From an uncultured delta proteobacterium (lineage in GTDB: Bacteria > Desulfobacterota > WTBG01 > CAIYCZ01 > CAIRTM01), in contig CAWDSQ010000030.1 in the NCBI GenBank assembly GCA_963804955.1, positions 160,001 through 224,000 on the forward strand: 64,000 nt of DNA, written 5' to 3'. Within the stretch, counting starts at the first letter, position 1. Each line of letters starts with the position of its first letter. Positions 1 to 13,281 of this stretch are shown here, in pieces. The translations under genes were made by a program, and so were the position numbers. Under the pieces are notes generated by a model that made no database searches, was not told the DNA's origin, and saw only the letters and a program-made list of their open reading frames with translations.

Positions 1-143
1 CCCTGAAAAATTTTTCCGCAAGCGCCCCGGCATTTCTTTCCAAGGCTTATGGCAACTCTGGCAGGCAGCGCCCGCAACATTGAATCGAACAGGATCAACC
101 CTGCATATTCAAGCCTGTAGCGAATAGATGATCGTGGTGTCAT
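1..143 (-). CDS. Lysophospholipid/lipid A acyltransferase (LpxL/HtrB-like), N-terminus only; runs off the window
   Basis: Manual translation from ATG at 143: MTPRSSIRYRLEYAGLILFDSMLRALPARVAISLGK, which resembles the N-terminal anchor of LpxL-family proteins. Catalytic motif not visible. Confidence 0.5.
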   Translation of the reverse strand, partial: MTPRSSIRYRLEYAGLILFDSMLRALPARVAISLGKKCRGACGKIFQ

Positions 144-150
144 GGGTCAG

Positions 151-764
151 TCAGGTAAGGAGTTCATGTCGTTCGGAATAGTGCACTCAGGGCTGTCTGC
201 GCCTCGATGCGCGGTGTCCCCGGCGCCCAGCCATGAGCCCCCGCGGCGCGCGTTTTTATGCCATTGTGTTGAGAAATGCCGAGGCGCTCAGAGTCAATCG
301 TCTTTTCGCAGGCCGTTTCCCAGCACGTGTAGAGGCCGGAGATCCACTGTTTTTAAGGAACTCATGCATGAAGCGCGGTATTTGTTTAAGAAACAGCTTT
401 GTCTGAAAATCAGGCAGCAGCGGGTCGCCCGTAGCGCTCACCACACTGCTGCGCATAGAGCCAATGCCGGGATGCACGATGCCCCGCTGGTGCATCTGGC
501 GCACAGACTGTTCAAGCTTGAGAAAAAGTCTGAGCCCGGGCTGACAAAAACCCGCCCCGGGACAGGACGAATATAGGACGGGGGCGATTATGTGTCAAGG
601 CTAATATGGGCACTGCAGTCCGGCGCTCGGAGAGGTCGCATGGCGCACGCCATCCAGCATGAAGCAGTTTGCCGGCGGGGCTATTTCATTCTTGACACTC
701 AAACACCCGCATCTTATAGTCTCAGCGGTCGGAAAAGGGCGCCTGTCAATGGCATTGTTTTCAT
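151..764 (-). pseudogene. Degenerate or frameshifted RIO1/Kdo-WaaP-like kinase
   Basis: Fragment FFLKLEQSVRQMHQRGIVHPGIGSMRSSVVSATGDPLLPDFQ resembles the kinase H-x-x-G-I-V-H...(I)DF region, but the catalytic Asp is missing. Several stops/frameshifts; boundaries approximate. Confidence 0.35.
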
Positions 765-849
765 AGGCGCATCCCCTGATTCCACCATGAGCAGTCTGAG
801 AGAATTTTCTCAGCTGTGCCTCTTGTCGCAACCACACCACTAAATAAAG

Positions 850-1565
850 GGAGCTGCTATCGGGCAAAGACGGCATCGATTGGGAACAGCTGTATCAGGT
901 CAAGTTTACACCCTGGGATGTTAAAAGGCCCGACAGCCATCTGGCGGAGATGGTTCAAACTACCCTGTCAGGCCATGCCGTGCTCTTGAACTGGGCTGCG
1001 GCACCGGAACCAATGCAATCTGGCTTGCACGGCAGGGTTTTGCCGTTACGGCAATCGACCTGTCGGAAACCGCTCTGGATCAGGCGAGAGAAAAAAAGCA
1101 GGCGCTGATGCCTGCACGTTTATGCTGTCTGACTTTCTTGATGACCCGCTGCCGGGGACGGATTTCGGTTTTGTTTTAAGGACCTTTGGCTGCCTGCACG
1201 GATTTACACATCCTGAGCACAGGGAAATGCTCGCCTGCAGGGTTGCCCGGTGCCTGACCGATGACGGCTGCTGGCTGAATATCAGCTGCAGCCAGACAGG
1301 AGCCGCAGTTTGGCCCAAACCGGCTGTCTTGCCCGTGAGATTACCGCTGCTGTTGAACCGTATTTTGAAATACTTTCCCCTCACCGCTACAGTTCTTGAT
1401 AACTTGAGCCCTGAAGACCGCGAGGAGCTGGGCTTTCCCCCCGGATTGCCGCCCCGCGGCTTTCTGCTGTGCTTGATGCGCAAGCGCGCTCCGGAGGATG
1501 GGACAGACCAGGGATCGTCCATACATAAACCAGCAACGCAATGCAGCAGTGTAAAAATTACCTGA
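850..1565 (+). CDS. Class I SAM-dependent methyltransferase (TPMT/TehB-like), frameshifted
   Basis: Joined frames give DWEQLY..TPWD..RALELGCGTGTNAIWLARQGFAVTAIDLSETAL..DFL..GCLH. Start uncertain. Confidence 0.7.
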
Positions 1566-1688
1566 CTGCTGAGCATGAAACACCTCCCATGCATGTGGGG
1601 GCTTTTTTTTACTCAAGACTATGCCCCCGCCCAAATACTCTATAATAAAATAGAAGCAGTACTGCTTTCCGGAGAAAGGGAGTTTATT

Positions 1689-3174
1689 ATGTGCATGTTC
1701 AGCAGGCAGTATGAAAAGGCGGTAGTGCTGACAGGGTTGCTTTGCTTTCTTTTTGCAGCCTTTGCCGGCGGCAGCTCCGCAGGGAGATGCTGATTCGGCA
1801 TGGAGTATGTGCGGCCGGGGCTCGCCACAACCCTTGCCGGTATCGGCGCGCCGGCGGTCGAGCGTTACCCCGGACGCCTACCGCTGGGGCACCATGCAGC
1901 GCTCGGCCCGTTCGCCGATTGATTTCAGCGTCACGGACCGCTATGTGCGCGAGTACCAGGCGGCAGGGGTTTACCGACCTTGTGTTTGCCCTTAAGTCGC
2001 ACAGCCCGTGGGCTTCAAAAAACGGCCTCGATAATCCGGGTCCGAAGCCTGAATATACGGATGCGTATGCCGCCTGGGTTGCCGCTGTGGTTGAGCGTTA
2101 TGACGGCGACGGCATTGATGATATGCCGGGGTTGCTGCTGCCGGTGCGCCACTACGCGATCGGCAGTGAGTTCTCCACCTATGAGCCCGAGCCGGTCGAT
2201 GACTATATCGCCATGCTCGAGACGGCCTACAGGGCCGCCCACGGTGCCTATGACGGGGTTATTGTCGCCCATGCGGCTTTTTTCGGCTGGCGCTATCTCA
2301 GCGGCGAGTTTGCGCGCGGCAATCCGCATCCCCTTGCCGATCATTATAAGATTCTTGACCGGCCCGATATTTTCGATGCCGTGAACTTTCACGCCCTCAT
2401 TGACCCCTACGAGATAGAAACCACGGTGGCATGGCTTGACAATGCCACGGCTGCCGGCGGGTACTCAAAGCCGATCTATCATTTCCGATACGCTGCCCAG
2501 TCCCATTATCGCCTGGGGCTGGGCCACGACCTGCACCGCGCCGCCGGACGCAGCGGGGGTGGTGCTTCCGCCGGCAGACGAGGCGGATCGGTGCCGTCTG
2601 GCGGCTTTAAGAAGCTGGTGGCGGGCGACAAGCACGGTGCGCTGGACGCAGGGCTTTGCGGCGCACGACATGGTGCAGCGCGTGGTGATAGCGGCCGACC
2701 AGGGCGTGTCGCTCATCGATACGGCCTTCGCCGAGGATCTTCCCCGGGTCTTTAAGGCGCGGTGGTTCAGGGCTGTCGCCGGCATAACGGCCTGGTCGGG
2801 CATGCTGAGAAAGGGGCTGTTCGGCCGCTTCGAGCGGCGGCCGAATTTTTATGCGCAGAAACAGCTTGTGGGGCATCTGAAGGGCTACGATGCCATAACG
2901 CGGGTTGCCTTTGCCGACGACCGGGTGCGGGTCTACATCATTGAAAAGGCCGCGGGCCGCACGTGGGTCTGCTGGCTTGATCCGCAGAAGCTTATCCTGC
3001 CGGGCGATACGGTGCCGCAGGCCGAGATTGCCGTAAAAACCGGAACGGTATCGGCGGCAATCGAGTCCGTCTATAGTCGGCTTCGGCCATACAGCGCCCG
3101 ACATCACCGCCGCGCAGACCGACAACGGTACCGCTGCGCTGACAGTTACTCCCTCGCCGGTCTATGTTTACTGA
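1689..3174 (+). CDS. Secreted glycoside-hydrolase-like (TIM barrel) protein, frameshifted
   Basis: Signal-peptide-like N-terminus (VVLTGLLCFLFAAFAG) plus VVERYDGDGIDDMPGL..YAIGSE, FDAVNFH and KPIIISD motifs spread over ORFs 1575/1753/1742/2436. C-terminus SPVYVY* at 3174. Confidence 0.55.
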
Positions 3175-3223
3175 CCCCGATGACGAGGAAGGCGGGGCTG
3201 GGCCACTGCGTCATAAACTGCGC

Positions 3224-3661
3224 TTAATCCTCTACCGGCTCAACAAACTCAAGCAGCACGCCGCCGGTGTCCTGCGGGTTGAAATAGGCGACGCGGCTTC
3301 GCTTCATGTCCAGTATGCCGTCTTTGGTGACATGCCCCAGGCGCACGCCTTTTTGGGCCATCAGCTCAACGGCTTTATTAAGGTCGGTGACGATGAAGGC
3401 TATATGGTTGATGCCGGCGGGCGGGTTGCCGATGAAGGTTTTGAAATTGTCCGATATGGGCTGAATGAGCTCGAACTCCATGCCGCCGACCGGCACGAAG
3501 GTAAAGCGGGTTTCGGCATCCGCCACATCCCAGGGCGGCACGACCCGCACGTCCTGTTCATCGATGTCATACAGCTTCTGGTACAGCTCGGTTGCAGCTT
3601 TCACATCATCAACAATGACGCCAACGTGGCGAACCTTTACGATCAGATCAGATATTTTCAT
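3224..3661 (-). CDS. VOC/glyoxalase family protein (methylmalonyl-CoA epimerase-like)
   Basis: HVGVIV..FELIQP..GINHIAFIV..GVLLEFVE metal-binding pattern. Confidence 0.8.
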   Translation of the reverse strand: MKISDLIVKVRHVGVIVDDVKAATELYQKLYDIDEQDVRVVPPWDVADAETRFTFVPVGGMEFELIQPISDNFKTFIGNPPAGINHIAFIVTDLNKAVELMAQKGVRLGHVTKDGILDMKRSRVAYFNPQDTGGVLLEFVEPVED

Positions 3662-3786
3662 GCCGGCCCTTTCAATAAAATTATTTTGATACTATATAAT
3701 GCATAAGCTACCATATGCACAATGGTTGCGCAACCGGGGCCGGCAGCATCGCAGGCATATAATCAGCGTTGTGACGGGGGAGAAGT

Positions 3787-5162
3787 ATGAAACAGCTTTT
3801 GTTTTTTGCGATGGTTTTTTTTGCAGCAGCGGCCTCTGCTGCTGGTGCAGGGCAGGTGCCGGATACCGGCCAGACGAAGTGCTACGGCATGACGGGTGAG
3901 ATTGCCTGCCCGGAGCCGGGCGAGCCGTTTTACGGGCAGGATGCCCAGCACCACACCGCGCAGCGCTCCTTTACCAGGCTTGACAGCCAGGGCGCTGAGC
4001 TGCCTGACACTGCTTCATCCTGGAGCATGGTGCGCGACACGGTAACCGGTCTTGTCTGGGAGCTCAAGGACAGCAAAAACGGCACAGCCGACTATGACAA
4101 CCCCCATGATGCCGATAACCGGTATACCTGGTATGACGACAATGCTTCGCGCAATGGCGGTGATGCAGGCATGCCGGGCGACGCAACGGACACGGGCGAT
4201 TTTATTGAGGCTTTGAACAGCCGGTCTTTCGGCGGCTATACCGACTGGCGGCTGCCCACGGCCAAAGAACTTGTCTGGCTGCTGACCGGGGGGCCGGCGG
4301 CCCGCCCTATATCAGTTCGCTGTATTTTCCGGCCGCAGCGGAAGAATACTGGACCGCCACGACCGACCCGAGCGGCAGCAGCCGCTGCGCCACCGTGACG
4401 CTCAAAATCGGGATGATGAATTATCCGGAAAAGGCGGGCTCCTATGCAGCCATGGCCGTGCGCGGATCGTCCGCCGCAGCAGTTCCGTGATAACGGCGAC
4501 GGCACGGTGAGCGATCTCACAACCGGGCTCATGTGGCAGCAGGACAGCGTGCAGGGCATATCCTGGAAAGACGGTCTTGCCTACTGCAGTGATCTGCAAT
4601 TGGGCGGCTACAGCGACTGGCGCCTGCCGGATGTCAACGAGCTCATTTCTCTTGTCGATTATTCGCAATCATCGCCGTCCATCGACGAGAGCTACTTTAC
4701 CAATACCTCTACGCATTACTGGTCTTCAACCACCTATCCTTCAGATCCGCGCAAAGCATATCATGTGTGCTTTCTGCGGGGCCGGGCTGAGGTGTATGGC
4801 AAGTCTGATCAGGGTGCAGCCAGCCATCTGCGGGCTGTGCGCGGTATTGTTTCCGACAACAGTTCAACCACAACAACTGTTCCCGGCGCCGCTGCCCTGT
4901 TGAGCAACTCTATGGTGAGCATGCCCCTCAAACCCGGCTGCTGCGCAGGTTCCGCGATGAGGTGCTGGCTTCATCAGAGGCAGGCAGGATGCTCATAGAT
5001 TTCTATTACCGCATGAGTCCACTGCTGAACCGGTATATTTCCAGTCAATCCTGTAAAACGGCTGTGCGGGCTGCCTGCGACTCCATAATTGCGGTGCTGG
5101 CAAAACCCGTTTTCTGCTTTGAGAAACCAGCTCAGCTCAGCAATAAAAACCTGAACAGATAA
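3787..5162 (+). CDS. Secreted protein with two DUF1566 (Lcl C-terminal) domains and a CFI-box-CTERM-like tail, frameshifted
   Basis: Signal peptide, PDTGQTKCY, DTVTGLVWE..GGYTDWRLPT, DNGDGTVSDLTTGLMWQQ..DWRLP, and a C-terminal LRRFRDEVL..GRMLIDFYYRMSP. Confidence 0.75.
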
Positions 5163-5685
5163 CCTGCTGCGCAGATGGGATGAAACAGCATTGTCTGAGA
5201 TAGTATCGATGCTTTCAGGTGTACCTGTTGAAAAAAACTTGCATTTTTGTATGAAGGTACATGTGCGTGAATATTTTTTTGTCAAAATCTGTAATTATTT
5301 GAAAAAGCTTTATTTTTTTAATGCTCACAATTTGAGCAAAGAGAACAAACCCTCTGTTTTTAAGCCATCCCTGTAATGTTCCAGCTTGTTTTCAACAGGT
5401 TTTATACATTATTTGTGGATTGCAGCACAGAGAGCATATATAGTGATGCTGCGCGGGGAATGTCCATTATATTGTATCGCATGGTATTTTTTTTAGAAAA
5501 ATTATCATCTCTGGCCGTGCTTCCCCGAAGAAGGCACCGGCAGAACTTCGTGTTTTTTGATGAGGCCTTTTCAGGGCGCAAGCAAGCCACCCGCTCTGCG
5601 GCTGATTGTTGACCGGAATTCTGTTGTGAAAGCCCTGCCTGGCAGGTGGGGTGTGCTGCTATAAAAAAACAATGAATAAAAATTC

Positions 5686-5733
5686 TTGACTGTCAGAGCA
5701 TATTAATCTATAACAACTATAGATTTGTAGATT
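5686..5733 (+). promoter_or_regulatory. sigma70 promoter of the cysK operon, overlapped by a palindromic operator
   Basis: TTGACT (5686-5691), 17 bp, TATAAC (5709-5714). Perfect palindrome AATCTATA-N5-TATAGATT at 5705-5725, followed by a second TAGATT. Confidence 0.7.
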
Positions 5734-5757
5734 AAACTTGTAAGCGCAGGCTGAAAT

Positions 5758-6670
5758 ATGAAGATTGCCGATTCTCTGACCGATCTTGTGGGCCGCACGC
5801 CTCTTGTATGGCTGCGGCGATTGTCAGATGCACGGCTTGCGGCAAAACTTGAGGCTTGCAATCCGGGCGGCAGCGTTAAAGACCGCATAGGCCTTGCCAT
5901 GATAGAGGCTGCCGAGGCAAGCGGTGAGCTTAAGCCCGGCATGACCATTATCGAGCCAACCAGCGGCAATACGGGCATTGCCCTTGCCTGGGTGGCGGCC
6001 ATTAAGGGCTACCGGCTCATACTGACCATGCCCGAGGAGATGACGAGCGAGCGCCGCATGCTGCTGCAGGCTCTGGGAGCGCATGTTATATTAACCGATG
6101 CCGAAGCCGGCATGAAAGGATCAATTGTAAAGGCGCGCGAGCTTGCCGGAAAAATAGGCACTGCTTTTATCCCGATGCAGTTTGAAAACAGCGCGAATCC
6201 TGAAGCGCATCGCCTGACAGCCCGGGAAATATGGGATGATACTGACGGGCAGGTCGATATTGTGGTGGCGGGAGTGGGTACGGGCGGAACGATTACCGGC
6301 ATCGGCCGGGAGCTGAAACAGCGCAAGCCGTCGGTGCGTATCGTGGCCGTAGAGCCTGCCGGTTCAGCCGTGCTTTCCGGCTGCCCCGCCGGCAAGCACC
6401 TGATACAGGGCATTGGGGCCGGGTTTCTGCCGCCGGTACTTGATCACGTCGGTTATCGATGAAATTGTGCAGATTGCCGATGCCGGCGCTTTTGCCATGA
6501 CCAAGAGGCTGCTGCGCAGCGAAGGCATTATCTGCGGCATATCATCGGGTGCGGCAGTTCTTGCGGCGATTCAGGTCGCAGCGCGCGATGAAAACAGGGA
6601 GAAGCTTATCGTGGTGATTCTCCCGGATACCGGCGAGCGATATTTAAGCACGGTCATGTTTGATACGTAA
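5758..6670 (+). CDS. cysK: Cysteine synthase A (one frameshift near 6450)
   Basis: [34 protein letters not shown] and [10 protein letters not shown] motifs. Confidence 0.93.
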
Positions 6671-6684
6671 GCAACGGATAGACT

Positions 6685-8388
6685 ATGGCTTTTGAAACAA
6701 CCCGGACAATCAAGACGGATCTGCTCATTATCGGCGGCGGCACGGCAGGCTGTATGGCCGCCATCATGGCCAAACGCCGCGAGCCGAAGCTGTCGGTGAC
6801 CATACTGGAAAAGGCGCATATCAGCCGCTCCGGCTGCCTTGCCATGGGGCTCAATGCGGTCAATGCCCATCTGACGGAAGGCACGCCGCATGATTATCTG
6901 GAGTATGTGCGCCGCGACAATTACGGCATTGTGCGGGATGATCTCGTTCTGTCCATCGGCGAGCGGCTGAACCGCATGACCGGGCTTCTGGAAGAGATCG
7001 GCGTTCCGCTGCCGCGCGATGCTGCGGGCAACTATATCGCCCGGTCCAGGCGCTCTATCGTCATGCTGGGCGAGCATCTCAAACCGCTGCTTGCCCGCGC
7101 CGTGCTCAAGCATGGCGTGCAGGTTGAAAACCGCACGCCGGTGTACCGGCTGCTGCAAACAGGTGACGGCCGCGTATGCGGGGCGGCAGGATTCAATCTG
7201 CGCACCGGAGAAATGGTTGCGGCCCATGCCCGGGCCGTGCTCATCGCAACCGGTGGCGCAAGCGGCATTTACCGGCCCTCCAATCCGGGCCTTGCCCGCA
7301 CCAAAACCTGGTACTGCCCCTACAATGCAGGATCGGGCCTTGCCATGGGCCTGCGCGCAGGGGCTGAGATGACATCGTTTGAAATGCGCTTTGTGGCCCT
7401 GCGGACCAAAGACGTTATTGCGCCAACGGGTACGCTGGTGCTGGGGGCGCGCATGCCGCAGTGCAATGCCCGCGGCGAGCCCTATATCCGGCAGAAGGAG
7501 CAGATGCTGGGCCGCAGCCTCACAACCTGCGAGCGGTTGCAGTTCACCATCGACGAGCACCGCAAGGGCACGGGGCCCTGCTATGTGGATGTGAGCAGCC
7601 TGTCTGCCGATGAATACCGGGACCTTGTGGAAAGCTATCTCAATATGTCGCCATCGATTGCCCTTGATCTGCTGCAGGACACGGGCCGTCCAAAGACCCG
7701 TATTGAAATATGCGGCTCCGAGCCCTATGTGAACGGCGGTCATGGCATGGCAGGGTTCTGGATAGATGCCGACCGCAGGACAACACTGCCGGGACTGTAT
7801 GCCGCAGGTGATGCCGCGGGCGGCGCTCCGAAGAAATATATAACCGGCTGCTTTGCCGAGGCGGAGATGGCGGTCGAGCATATCATCGGCTCGCTTACAT
7901 GGCGAAGCTGCCTGCGCGGCCGCTGCCGCTGAACAGGCGGTGTGCGAGATACGGTCCTTCTTTGCTGCGCGAAAACAGGCTGACCTTTGACGAGGTTGAG
8001 GCGCGGCTGCAGAAAATCATGGAGGAGTATGCCGGCGGGAGCACGGAAAATTATGAAACCAGCCGGAGCAAACTGCTGCTGGCGCGGCAGTATCTCGGCG
8101 TGCTCGCGGGCCATGCTGCCGAGGCGACTGCCGCTGACGGCCACGGGCTGATGCGCGTGCATGACACGCTGGACCGCATACTGCTTGCCCGCGTGCTCGT
8201 TGAGCATCTGCTGGCGCGGCGCGAAACGCGCTGGCCCTGCTACCAGACGCGCCTGGATTTTCCCCTGCGCAATGATTTTGAATACGGCCTGTTCGTGAAT
8301 TCAACATGGAAGGACGGCGCTGATCAGGGTTTTTGGCAGGAGCCTTGATCCTCCGCATGAACCTGTGGCTTGTGAGGAGACGCTATGA
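6685..8388 (+). CDS. aprA: Adenylylsulfate reductase alpha subunit-like flavoprotein, frameshifted
   Basis: IIGGGTAG FAD motif, EKAHISRSGCLAMGLNAVN, WYCPYNAGSG, ALRTKDVIAPTG, EPYVNGGH and RRETRWPCYQTRLDFP. Alternative-frame stop overlaps the next ATG (ATGA 8385-8388). Confidence 0.8.
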
Positions 8389-8747
8389 CGGTGCTGATCG
8401 ACAGGAAGCTGTGCAACGGCTGCCCGGGCAGGCTGGAAGGCTGCTGCGAGGAAGTGTGCCCGGGCGATCTGTTCTACCGCGACGCCGGCCAGGCCTGCCT
8501 GCGGGAAGCCGGTGACTGCTGGGACTGTTGTTCCTGCGTCAAGGCCTGTCCGCGGGAGGCTCTTTCCGTTGAGCTGCCGTTTCAGATATCCGAGGCGCGC
8601 CTGCGGCTGAGCGCCCGGCAGCGGGGCGGTCATATTCAATGGAAAATGCACAACCATGAGGGCGAGACTGTTGCCGAGTTTGAAATACAGAATCGCCGGG
8701 TAGTCTTGCCCGGGCAGGAGACCGTTGTAGACAATGGCCATGATTAA
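8385..8747 (+). CDS. aprB: AprB-like 2x[4Fe-4S] ferredoxin
   Basis: CNGC..CEEVCPGD and CWDCCSCVKACP; translationally coupled to the aprA-like gene. Confidence 0.75.
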   Translation: MTVLIDRKLCNGCPGRLEGCCEEVCPGDLFYRDAGQACLREAGDCWDCCSCVKACPREALSVELPFQISEARLRLSARQRGGHIQWKMHNHEGETVAEFEIQNRRVVLPGQETVVDNGHD

Positions 8748-8783
8748 ATAGCCTGCCGGACGGTTTTTTGGCCCTCCGGACTG

Positions 8784-10179
8784 ATGAAAGGAACTCTGCA
8801 TATGCACATACAGCCGGTTTTTCCGTGCACAGCGCTGCCCGGCAACCCTGCCGAAGCGCGGCTTCTCGGCCTGTACCCGCAGCGCCAGGAGGGTCTGTGG
8901 CTGCAGCGGGTAAAGGTGCCGGGAGGCGCCCTTGAGCCAAAGCAGTGGCTTGCCCTTGCCGGCTGCTGCGACCGCTATACTCCCGGTACGCCGCTGCTGC
9001 TCACCACCCGGCAGGACATAGAATTTCACAATGTGCTGCCCGCTGGCGTGCCGCAGCTGCAGCAGGCTTTGAGCGAGGCCGGCTTTACCGGCCTTGGCGC
9101 CTGCGGCGATACGCTGCGCAATATCACCCTCTGCCCCGGCAATGGCCTGAGCAATGAGTCTGTGGGCTTGAGCGCTGTGGCAGAGGCCGTGCGTCAGGCT
9201 CTTATGGATTTTTCAGCCATATTCAGCCTGCCCAGGAAATTCAAAATAAGCTTTTCAGCCTGCCCCAAAGCCTGCGGCCAGCCCTTTATCAATGATCTTG
9301 CTTTTGTGGTGCAGCGCAGAAACGGGCGTGTATGCTTTCAGGTTATCGGCGCAGGGTCGCTTGGCCCAAGGCCTGCCGCAGGCATCGTGCTGCAGGAGGA
9401 GCTGGCCCTTGAGGATGCTCCTGCCTTTGCCCGTGCAGCACTTGCCCTTTTCAATGAGTACGGCGACCGCGAGCACCGGGGCAAGGCCAGGCTGCGGCAT
9501 GTGCGGCAGCGTCTTGGCGACGAGCGCGTTTCTGGAATTGCTCCGGCATTTTTTTCTCCAGCTGCGCGGAGGAGAGGCTGCGGGGCCTGCCACGGCTCCG
9601 CCGGCATTAGGCCTGCGTCGCGGCGCGCTGCTGGCATTCCCCTGCGGCCTTGTGACTGCGGCCCAGGCGCGAGCCATCGCCGAAAGCGGTTTTACTTCGC
9701 GGATACAGAATCACCACCGCGTGGCCCTCTATGCCCGTGACCCGGATGATGTGCGACGGGCTCTGGAGGCTGACCCCGTGCTGGGCACTCTTGCCGGAGG
9801 CCATAACATAGCTTCATGCCCGGGCACGACCTGGTGCAAGCATGCTCTTATCAATACCCATGCTGTCGAGCGGCTGCTGCGGGAAAGGCTGCCGGAGGAT
9901 TTCGACAGTGCCATACGCATTTCGGGCTGCTCCCAACGGCTGCGCCCATTCGGGGGTCGCTGAGATCGGTCTTATAGGACGTGTTCGCAAAGATGCCGGC
10001 GGCAACCGCATCGAGGGCGTGCAGGTGCTTGCCGGCGGCGGCATGGGCCGGACGCCGGAGCTTGCCCATGAGCTGGAGCCTTTTGTTCCGACCGGCGAGG
10101 TCCGGGACAGGTTCTGAAAATTATCAATGCCCGGCAGCAGCACAACCAATCGGCATGGAGCACCGGTAGCACGCCATGA
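8784..10179 (+). CDS. Siroheme nitrite/sulfite reductase, frameshifted
   Basis: LTTRQDIEFH, CGDTLRNI, LPRKFKISFSACPKAC, CPGTTWC and (I)SGCPNGCAHSGVAEIGLIG across frames. End approximate. Confidence 0.82.
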
Positions 10180-10197
10180 GCGTAACAAGGAGCAGGC

Positions 10198-11081
10198 ATG
10201 AATCATCTTGATCAACTGGAGAGTTTGAGCGTTCACATACTGCGGGAGGCCTACGCGAGCTTCAAGAATCTGGGGATGCTGTGGTCGATCGGCAAGGACA
10301 GCACGGTGCTTCTGTGGCTGGCGCGCAAGGCTTTTACGGTCATGTGCCGTTTCCGCTGGTGCATATCGATACGCATTTCAAGATACCCGAAATGATCGAG
10401 TACCGGGACCGGCTGGCCATGGAGTGGGGCCTTGAAATGGTGTACGGCATGAACGAAGAGGCCCTGAGGGACAAGCAGACCTTCCCGGACGGCACGGTTG
10501 ACCGGATCGCCTGCTGTCAGGAACTTAAAGACCATAGCGCTGACGAATACGCTGAGCGGGAAATGGCCGCGGTATGTGTTAAACCATAAGACCGGCGCCT
10601 ACGAAGTGTATAAAAACACGGAGCCGTATACAGGGCGTGATTGTCGGCGTGCGGGCCGATGAAGAGGGCTCTCGGTCCAAGGAGCGGTATTTCTCGCCCC
10701 GGGATCAGGGAAAATCTCTGGGATCTGGGGGATCAGCCGCCGGAGTTCTGGAACCAGTTCAAGACGGATTTTCCGCCGGGCACGCATTTGCGGATACATC
10801 CGCTGCTGGACTGGACAGAGCTGAACATCTGGGAATATATTGAGCGGGAAAATATCCCGACGGTGTCGCTGTACTACAATCAGGGCGACGGGAAGCGGTA
10901 CCGCTCGCTGGGGTGCTATCCGTGCACGACGCCCATAGAGTCGCAATCGCGCACGGTGCAGGAGATCATTGAGGAGCTGAAAAGCGGGGGTCTGAAGAAC
11001 ATAGCCGAGCGGTCCGGCAGGGCGCAGGACAAGGATGACGGCGGTGGGCTGGAGACGCTGCGGCGCGACGGGTATATGTAA
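10198..11081 (+). CDS. cysD: Sulfate adenylyltransferase subunit 2, frameshifted
   Basis: [50 protein letters not shown] and LRRDGYM. Confidence 0.9.
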
Positions 11082-11084
11082 AAG

Positions 11085-11250
11085 ATTCTAAGATTCAAGA
11101 TTCAAGATTCAAGATTTAAAGTTCAAGGTTGAAGGGCGAGATTTAAACCGTAGGGGCGCAGAGGTTAGGAGTCAGGGGTTCAGAGTTAGGAGTAAAAAAA
11201 TTCAAGATTCAAGATTCAAAACTTAAAACTTAAAACTTAAATCTTAAAAC
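11085..11250. repeat. Heptamer tandem-repeat tracts (AGATTCA / AAACTTA / GAGTTAG-like) between cysD and cysN
   Basis: aagattc repeated at 11090-11117 and 11201-11218; aaaactt repeated at 11218-11249. Confidence 0.85.
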
Positions 11251-11292
11251 CAACATTCAGGATTTAATGACCTTGCTGGAAGAGGATACGAT

Positions 11293-11673
11293 ATGACAGA
11301 GCAGCTTGAAAAGCAGAAAATGAATATTGTGATAGCCGGTCATGTGGATCATGGCAAGAGCACGGTGATCGGGCGGCTTTTGGCGGATACGGGCTCTCTG
11401 CCGGAGGGCAAGCTTGCGCAGGTGCAGGAGAACTGCCGGCGCAATTCAAAGCCCTTCGAGTATGCCTTTCTGATAGATGCTTTGAAGGACGAGCAGTCCC
11501 AGGGCATCACGATTGATACGGCCCGGGTGTTTTTCAAAACAGGGAAGCGCAATTACATTATTCTTGATGCTCCGGGGCATATAGAGTTTTTGAAGAACAT
11601 GGTTACGGGCGCATCGCGGGCAGAGGCGGCGCTGCTGGTGATCGATGCGGAGGAAGGCGTGCGGGAACTATAA
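11293..11673 (+). pseudogene. cysN: Sulfate adenylyltransferase subunit 1, truncated after 126 aa
   Basis: [19 protein letters not shown] and DAPGH G-domain motifs; follows cysD. Stops at GVREL* and no continuation was seen in any downstream frame. Confidence 0.8.
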
Positions 11674-11704
11674 TATCTATTAAATCGCTAGAGCAACTAG
11701 ATTA
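11674..11704 (+). promoter_or_regulatory. Second copy of the operator motif, upstream of the metY leader
   Basis: TATCTATT-AAATC-GCTAGAGC followed by TAGATT; same TCTA-N9-TAGA spacing as the 5705 and 15100 sites. Confidence 0.55.
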
Positions 11705-11717
11705 AAGGTAATCAAAA

Positions 11718-13180
<1,463 letters not shown>

Positions 13181-13281
13181 AGAAACTCCCTGCTCTCCGA
13201 TAGCGGAGGACAGGTTTGAAACCTGTGACTGCGATAGCAGCAAAGCAAAGCAGAAAGAAGCATTGCAGGCACAGCAAGAGC

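Noticed and set aside
3787..5162. Diversity-generating retroelement targeting the DUF1566 protein
   Set aside because: No reverse transcriptase and no template/variable repeat pair differing only at adenines was seen. The similarity is just two diverged domains.
11085..11250. CRISPR array
   Set aside because: Units are 7-nt tandem repeats with no unique spacers, and there are no cas genes.
11293..11673. EF-Tu/EF-1A or SelB fragment
   Set aside because: Position after cysD and the [21 protein letters not shown] motif indicate CysN.
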